Positions 26,728-32,000 of a stretch of DNA of 32,000 nucleotides are shown here, piece after piece (within the stretch, counting starts at the first letter, position 1; every line of letters begins with the position of its first letter). Under the pieces are notes generated by a model that saw only the letters and a program-made list of their open reading frames with translations, ran no database searches and was not told the DNA's origin. The DNA is from Candidatus Heimdallarchaeota archaeon (GTDB lineage Archaea; Asgardarchaeota; Heimdallarchaeia; Heimdallarchaeales; Kariarchaeaceae), in contig JASBSB010000006.1 in assembly GCA_030149205.1 (NCBI GenBank), forward strand, positions 270,001 to 302,000, read 5' to 3'. The position numbers and the translations under genes were made by a program.

Positions 26728-27744
26728 TTATTCAGTAAAAGCTTGTATAAACTTCAGAAAGGCAGATCCAATTGCATCAAGGTTGTATCCACCTTCAAGT
26801 ATAACTCCTAACTTTTTAAAACCAAATTGCTTTATCATAACACCCATCTTGTTAAAGCTTTCTTCTGTAAGATTCAAGCCAAATAAGCCATCTGATCCAA
26901 GCGTGTCTAATCCTAAAGAAATCAACAAAACATCAGGAGAATATGAATCTAAAGCTAGTAAAGCCTCATTTAATTTCTTGAGATATTCCTGTTCGCCGCT
27001 TGATTTTGCCAGAGGAAAATTTTTGGTATACCCTAAACCATTTCCCTGTCCCTGTTCATCTTCGTATCCCCAATAATAGGGAAAGTTATGAGTGGGGTCA
27101 CCATGAATAGACACATAGTATACATCTGATCGCTGATAAAATAACTCTTGAGTCCCATTCCCATGGTGATAATCCAAGTCTAAAATTGCAACCTTGGAGA
27201 CTGATTTTAGAAGTGATACTGCACACACAGCCACATTGTTTAGAAAACAATAGCCTCCTCCCATATCTCGCATTGCGTGGTGTCCAGGAGGACGGCATAG
27301 AGCGACACCTTGATCGTTCTCAAGGAGATGTACTGCTAGCCTATGAGAGGTGCTGGCTGCTGCAACTGCCGACTTATACAAATGCGGAGAAATTGGTGTC
27401 CCAATATCGAAGAAATATATACCAAGTTTTGCCATTAGCGATAATTTTTCCAATTTAGGTTTATCCAAACTCTTTCCCCTAAGATTGAAAATTGATGGGA
27501 CCTGCTCATCAACAACAGGTGGGAGAGAAGTAAGAAATTCTATGTATTCATTACTGTGTACCTCCAAAAGTAGAGAGCTGTCCAAAGTTTCCTGCACTTT
27601 TTCAATTTCTAAACCTCCACTTTTCAGTGATTCAAGTATTCTTGTTACTCTCTCCGGTCGCTCCGGATAATGGCGAGCTCCTCTGCTTGTCATCTCATTT
27701 TTTGGGTCATATAATAACTGATCAGGATGATAGAAGACCTTCAC
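26728..27744 (-). CDS. Histone deacetylase family protein (acetylpolyamine amidohydrolase-like)
   Basis: PERPERV; RPPGHHA; GGYCFLNN; DLDYHHGNGTQ; SIHGDP; LGLD; LEGGY. GTG 27744 preferred over ATG 27762 on TATA spacing. Confidence 0.92.
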   Translation of the reverse strand: MKVFYHPDQLLYDPKNEMTSRGARHYPERPERVTRILESLKSGGLEIEKVQETLDSSLLLEVHSNEYIEFLTSLPPVVDEQVPSIFNLRGKSLDKPKLEKLSLMAKLGIYFFDIGTPISPHLYKSAVAAASTSHRLAVHLLENDQGVALCRPPGHHAMRDMGGGYCFLNNVAVCAVSLLKSVSKVAILDLDYHHGNGTQELFYQRSDVYYVSIHGDPTHNFPYYWGYEDEQGQGNGLGYTKNFPLAKSSGEQEYLKKLNEALLALDSYSPDVLLISLGLDTLGSDGLFGLNLTEESFNKMGVMIKQFGFKKLGVILEGGYNLDAIGSAFLKFIQAFTE

Positions 27745-27826
27745 TGTGATGGCTAACCGCATGGGATTTTAAAGATAATTAGCCTTACTTAGCGTATCGT
27801 ATAATTAGAAAATAAATTTTAAGGAC

Positions 27827-30814
27827 TTACCTTGAATTTTTCTTTTTTCGTCTCTTTTTTACCTGTTGTTTTACGGTTACAGTAGTCTTCCCATTTGTAA
27901 GGATTGTGGACAAGAATCTGCCTGTGTAAGAGTTTTGTCTGCTTGCAATCTCCTCTGGGGTACCTTCCGCAATAATCTCACCTCCTAAATCACCCCCTTC
28001 AGGGCCAAGATCAATCACATAATCAGCATTTTTGATGATCTCCAGATTATGCTCAATTATGATAACCGTGTTCCCTTTATCTACCAATCTATGTAAGACT
28101 TCCAACAACTTCTTTACATCGTGCATGTGTAGACCCGTACTGGGTTCATCCAAAAGTAGGATAGTGTTCCCAGTCGTTCGTTTCGACAGCTCCCTTGAGA
28201 GCTTGATTCGCTGGGATTCCCCACCAGAAAGCGTTGTTGCACGCTGCCCAAGCTTTATGTAACCACATCCAACAGATTCTAATGTCTTAAGAACCCTTTT
28301 GATTCGTGGGACATTCTCAAAGAACTCCAATGCCTCATCAACAGACATCTCCAAGACTTCACTAATGTTCTTATCTTTGTACTTTATTTCTAAGGTCTCT
28401 CTGTTGAATCGTTTTCCTTTACAGACCTCACAGTCCACATAGACGTCACTTAAAAAGCTCATCTCAATCTTGTTGTACCCATTCCCCTGACACGACTCAC
28501 ATCGTCCACCCTTTACATTAAATGAGAACCTCCCTGGTTTGTAACCACGAAGTTTTGCATCAGGAAGGTTTGAAAACAACTTTCTGACCTCATCAAACAA
28601 CTTGGTGTATGTAGAGGGATTACTTCTTGGTGTTCTTCCAATTGGTCTCTGATCTATCATTATTGCCTTGTCGATCAGATTGAGGTTTTCCACCTTCTTA
28701 TGTTTCCCTGCCCTGATCTGTGAGCCATTCAGTCGACGGGAGAGAATTGGCCAAAGGGTTCCTGTGATAAGACTGGACTTCCCACTCCCAGAGACTCCCG
28801 ACACAACAATTAACCTCCCCAATGGGATTTCAACATCAATATTTTTCAAATTGTTGAGTGACGCTCCAATAATCTTGAGGGATTTACCTGAACCCTTTCT
28901 TCTGACCTTTGGGACTGGAATACTCAACTCACCCCTCAGATACTTTGCTGTCAGTGATTCTTGGGTATCCAACACATCAGAAAGGGTACCAGCAACAACA
29001 ACTTCTCCCCCGTGAATTCCTGCTTCCAGACCCATATCAACCACATAATCTGCATTACGAATCGTGTCCTCGTCATGCTCAATAACTATCACTGTGTTTC
29101 CTAGGTCTCGTAATTCAAAGAATGTACGCATCAGTCTTTCATTATCCCGCTGATGTAACCCAATAGAAGGTTCGTCCAACACATAAAGGACTCCTACCAA
29201 TCTTGATCCAATCTGTGTGGCGAGCCTTATACGCTGTGATTCACCACCCGACAAGGTAGATGCCTTTCGGTCCAAGGTAAGATACTCAAGACCCACACTT
29301 GCTAAAAAGCTCAGACGGCTCTTGATCTCCTTCATTACCTGCTCAGTTATCTGTTTCTCCTTCTCAGTCAGGTTCAAGGATTCAAAATATCTGATTGCTT
29401 CCTTGACAGCGAACTTTGAAATCTCCATGATATTTAGTTCACCAACCCGCACATTTAGATAAATTGGCTGAAGTTTCATCCCATGACAGGAGGCACATTC
29501 TCTGTCTGACATGAATTGCTCATAGTACCTTCTCATCCCAGGAGATGAAGTGCTGTTGTACCTTCTTAAGATAATGTTCACCTGCCCCTCGAACTTTCGG
29601 TTCACCTCGTAGCTGAATGCATTCTTATTCTTCCTGGCTGCTTCCTCTTCGGATCTGCTGACCTTTAGCTTAAATGTCTTATTTGACCCATACAGAAGTG
29701 CCTCCCTTAAGGGTTTGGGGAATTTCTTAATGGGGGTGTCCATTGTTGCACCATAGTTTTTGACCAGTGCCTCAATGACCTGATATCCCCAGCTGTCAGG
29801 GTTTTCTGCGTTAAGAGTTGTCAGACCCCCTTCATTTATCGAAAGATCTGGATCTGGAATAAGTAGATCTGGGTCAACCTGTAAAACCACACCTAGACCC
29901 ATACACTCCTGACAGGCACCCAAAGGAGAGTTGAATGAGAACATTCGAGGAGTAAGCTCTGGAATGGAGATTCCATCCTTTGGACACCCTGCAAACTCAT
30001 TGTAAGTAATTCTACGTGGGTCATCCTTATCCAATATGTCAATTATTACCTCTCCTTTTCCCTTTTCTAATGCTTTCTCCACAGAATCTGTCAGTCTACC
30101 CTCAATATCCGCCTTCAAGATTAGTCTGTCTAAGATAATGGAGATATCGTGCCGATAGTTTTTGTCGAGTTCTGGAAACTCCTCATCTAACAAAACTTCC
30201 CTGCCGTTAACCTCTAATCTGACAAATCCATCCTTTTTAAGCTGATTCAAAAGCTTCTTGTGAGTTCCCTTCTCATTTGTTATGACAGGTGCAATTAACC
30301 TCAGACGAGTGCCATCCTTAAGTTTCATTATGTTCTCAACTATCTCCTCCGCACTAAGGGCTTGAATCGGATCCCCACAGATTGGACAGAAGGGTTTACC
30401 AATGGTTGCAAACATGATTCTTAGGTAATCCATGATCTCAGTGACTGTTGCAACTGTTGAACGTGGATTGTGGGAGGAAGTCTTTTGTTCTATACAAATT
30501 GCTGGACTTAAGCCAGAAATTGACTTGACACGTGGTTTCTCTAGCTGACCTAAAAACTGTCTGGCATAAGAGCTCAATGACTCAACAAACCTACGTTGTC
30601 CCTCAACAAAAAGTGTGTCAATTGCAAGACTGGACTTTCCACTCCCTGATAAACCGGTTATAACCACAAATCTGTCTCTTGGGATCCAGACATCCACACC
30701 TTTGAGATTATGTTCATTGGCCTCTTCCACGAAAATCCAGTTTCTTGGATCCTCTTTGGTGGGCAGCTCTAGATGCCTTTCAAACTTTTCTAACTCGTCT
30801 ACAATGACCGTCAA
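27827..30814 (-). CDS. uvrA: Excinuclease ABC subunit A
   Basis: Two ABC ATPase modules (GLSGSGKSS, LSGGESQRIRLA, GVSGSGKSS, LSGGESQRIKL); zinc fingers CPIC, CPKD...CQEC, CASC, CESC, CEVC. Confidence 0.98.
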   Translation of the reverse strand: MTVIVDELEKFERHLELPTKEDPRNWIFVEEANEHNLKGVDVWIPRDRFVVITGLSGSGKSSLAIDTLFVEGQRRFVESLSSYARQFLGQLEKPRVKSISGLSPAICIEQKTSSHNPRSTVATVTEIMDYLRIMFATIGKPFCPICGDPIQALSAEEIVENIMKLKDGTRLRLIAPVITNEKGTHKKLLNQLKKDGFVRLEVNGREVLLDEEFPELDKNYRHDISIILDRLILKADIEGRLTDSVEKALEKGKGEVIIDILDKDDPRRITYNEFAGCPKDGISIPELTPRMFSFNSPLGACQECMGLGVVLQVDPDLLIPDPDLSINEGGLTTLNAENPDSWGYQVIEALVKNYGATMDTPIKKFPKPLREALLYGSNKTFKLKVSRSEEEAARKNKNAFSYEVNRKFEGQVNIILRRYNSTSSPGMRRYYEQFMSDRECASCHGMKLQPIYLNVRVGELNIMEISKFAVKEAIRYFESLNLTEKEKQITEQVMKEIKSRLSFLASVGLEYLTLDRKASTLSGGESQRIRLATQIGSRLVGVLYVLDEPSIGLHQRDNERLMRTFFELRDLGNTVIVIEHDEDTIRNADYVVDMGLEAGIHGGEVVVAGTLSDVLDTQESLTAKYLRGELSIPVPKVRRKGSGKSLKIIGASLNNLKNIDVEIPLGRLIVVSGVSGSGKSSLITGTLWPILSRRLNGSQIRAGKHKKVENLNLIDKAIMIDQRPIGRTPRSNPSTYTKLFDEVRKLFSNLPDAKLRGYKPGRFSFNVKGGRCESCQGNGYNKIEMSFLSDVYVDCEVCKGKRFNRETLEIKYKDKNISEVLEMSVDEALEFFENVPRIKRVLKTLESVGCGYIKLGQRATTLSGGESQRIKLSRELSKRTTGNTILLLDEPSTGLHMHDVKKLLEVLHRLVDKGNTVIIIEHNLEIIKNADYVIDLGPEGGDLGGEIIAEGTPEEIASRQNSYTGRFLSTILTNGKTTVTVKQQVKKRRKKKNSR

Positions 30815-31136
30815 GATACTAACGCACTAGCTGAATAAAGCTATAAAACTTCTCTGATAGGAGTTAGATAAATCTAAAATCGGGGGGTATATGCCTTCTA
30901 ACCAGAAAATCCAATATTTTTGATTAAAGAACCACTGAGAAAATACCGTCATCCTTTTTTCTTGTGTTAAGGTTCTGAGTCTTTTAAAGACAATAGAAGG
31001 TTCTTAAAGAGAAGAAGATTATGAAACATCCCGGTTACATTTTGATATCCTTTAGTTTTGGGTATCCTTAGCTTACCTTTCATTCTTCCGTGTAATCCTC
31101 TAAAAGAATTAAATAATCAATAACCTTCAACAGTGT

Positions 31137-31769
31137 ATGGTAAACTTTGATGATAAATTTAGGATTAAAGATGATAATCAGCTTCTTCAACTATTGGGAT
31201 TGATGACTGGTATAACCCTAGGATTAGTCATCTATCTATTGATTAACCCCCCAAATACCACTTCGTTCAGAGGTTACGAATACCAGAGCTTAATAGCAAT
31301 TATTCCAGCCTTCCTAATTCAGTTTATCCTGCTCAGAGAGCTCGATTTTAGAGTTGAAGAGGATAGCCCCCTAAAATCCTCATATCTGAGGCTGTATAAA
31401 TCAGGTATCTATAGATTGCTAATAACACTGTTACTTGCATTAAACTGGGTATTCATCAACTCCGCAGAGGTGGGTGTACTGGTCTTTCTTCTTGCCCCAA
31501 CCTTCTTTGTTATCGCTTTGGTTCAGGATGGATACACCTTCTGGTTGACTCTGAAGCAGCCAGAACTGAAAAAATTACAAAATTATTCTGCCGCACTCTA
31601 TTTTCTGGTCGATCTCTCTCCCATCTACTTTGCATTAACATGGGATTATCTCCGTAGGGCCATACCTTCTGATTTTGGTCCTGTCATAAACCTTAGCCTT
31701 CTGATGATCCTGTTTGTTGTTCTTCCACTGGGTGTCACCTATCCAATGTACAGAAATCTCTCAGAATGA
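31137..31769 (+). CDS. Multi-pass membrane protein of unknown function
   Basis: 210 aa with about 6-7 hydrophobic segments; TTAAATA box upstream. Confidence 0.75.
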   Translation: MVNFDDKFRIKDDNQLLQLLGLMTGITLGLVIYLLINPPNTTSFRGYEYQSLIAIIPAFLIQFILLRELDFRVEEDSPLKSSYLRLYKSGIYRLLITLLLALNWVFINSAEVGVLVFLLAPTFFVIALVQDGYTFWLTLKQPELKKLQNYSAALYFLVDLSPIYFALTWDYLRRAIPSDFGPVINLSLLMILFVVLPLGVTYPMYRNLSE

Positions 31770-32000
31770 TTATGGATTTTTTTCAACTTTACCCTTAAGT
31801 AATAAATGGCTTAAAAGTTTAATTTATAATACTTTACTCCAAAAATTTTACCATAGTCATCATCTGTGGAAATTATAATCGAATTATACTTTTTACTTAA
31901 GATTGAGTTTACGCAATCAACTAAAGATAATTCCCTATTTCTGTGTTTTAGCTCACCAACTTTTATTATATAATTAAACTGAGTTTCAACGATTATGTTT

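Noticed and set aside
91-30830. Numerous 60-120 aa ORFs antisense to or overlapping well-supported genes (e.g. 91..435, 836..1030, 5202..5564, 9890..10168, 15555..15881, 27350..27670, 28668..29015)
   Set aside because: Shadow ORFs with no recognisable motifs.
1-32000. CRISPR array, rRNA or long tandem repeats
   Set aside because: No regularly spaced repeats or rRNA signatures seen.

Overview
AT-rich archaeal chromosomal window; a low-GC lineage such as an Asgard/Heimdallarchaeia-type genome is plausible but inferred. Archaeal origin is supported by tRNAs with BHB introns, HerA, and TATA-like boxes about 25-30 nt upstream of most start codons. Left part: 3' half of a class II tRNA, a small winged-helix-like protein, HerA, a DUF6908/DUF1249-like protein, MscS, two double-zinc-ribbon paralogs plus a decayed third copy, a VapBC pair and a DEAD-box helicase. 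The middle (about 8.1-17.3 kb) is a visibly AT-richer accessory/defence-like island: AAA ATPase, a frameshifted nuclease-like remnant, a second VapBC pair, a nonsense-interrupted unknown gene, a methyltransferase, an IS5-like relic, a DUF4365-TPR gene bracketed by inverted IS ends, and a coupled three-gene operon (unknown, minimal nucleotidyltransferase, 525-aa protein with a C-terminal PD-(D/E)xK-like domain). Right part is mostly metabolic/housekeeping: nucleotide pyrophosphatase family, tryptophanase, DinB, S9 peptidase, VOC, HAD phosphatase, tRNA-Leu(UAG), Doc-type TA pair, SDR, HDAC family, uvrA and a membrane protein. Highlights are two tRNAs with strict bulge-helix-bulge introns at the non-canonical T-loop position 59/60, and the NTase/nuclease operon as a candidate undescribed defence module. 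No CRISPR array or rRNA was seen.
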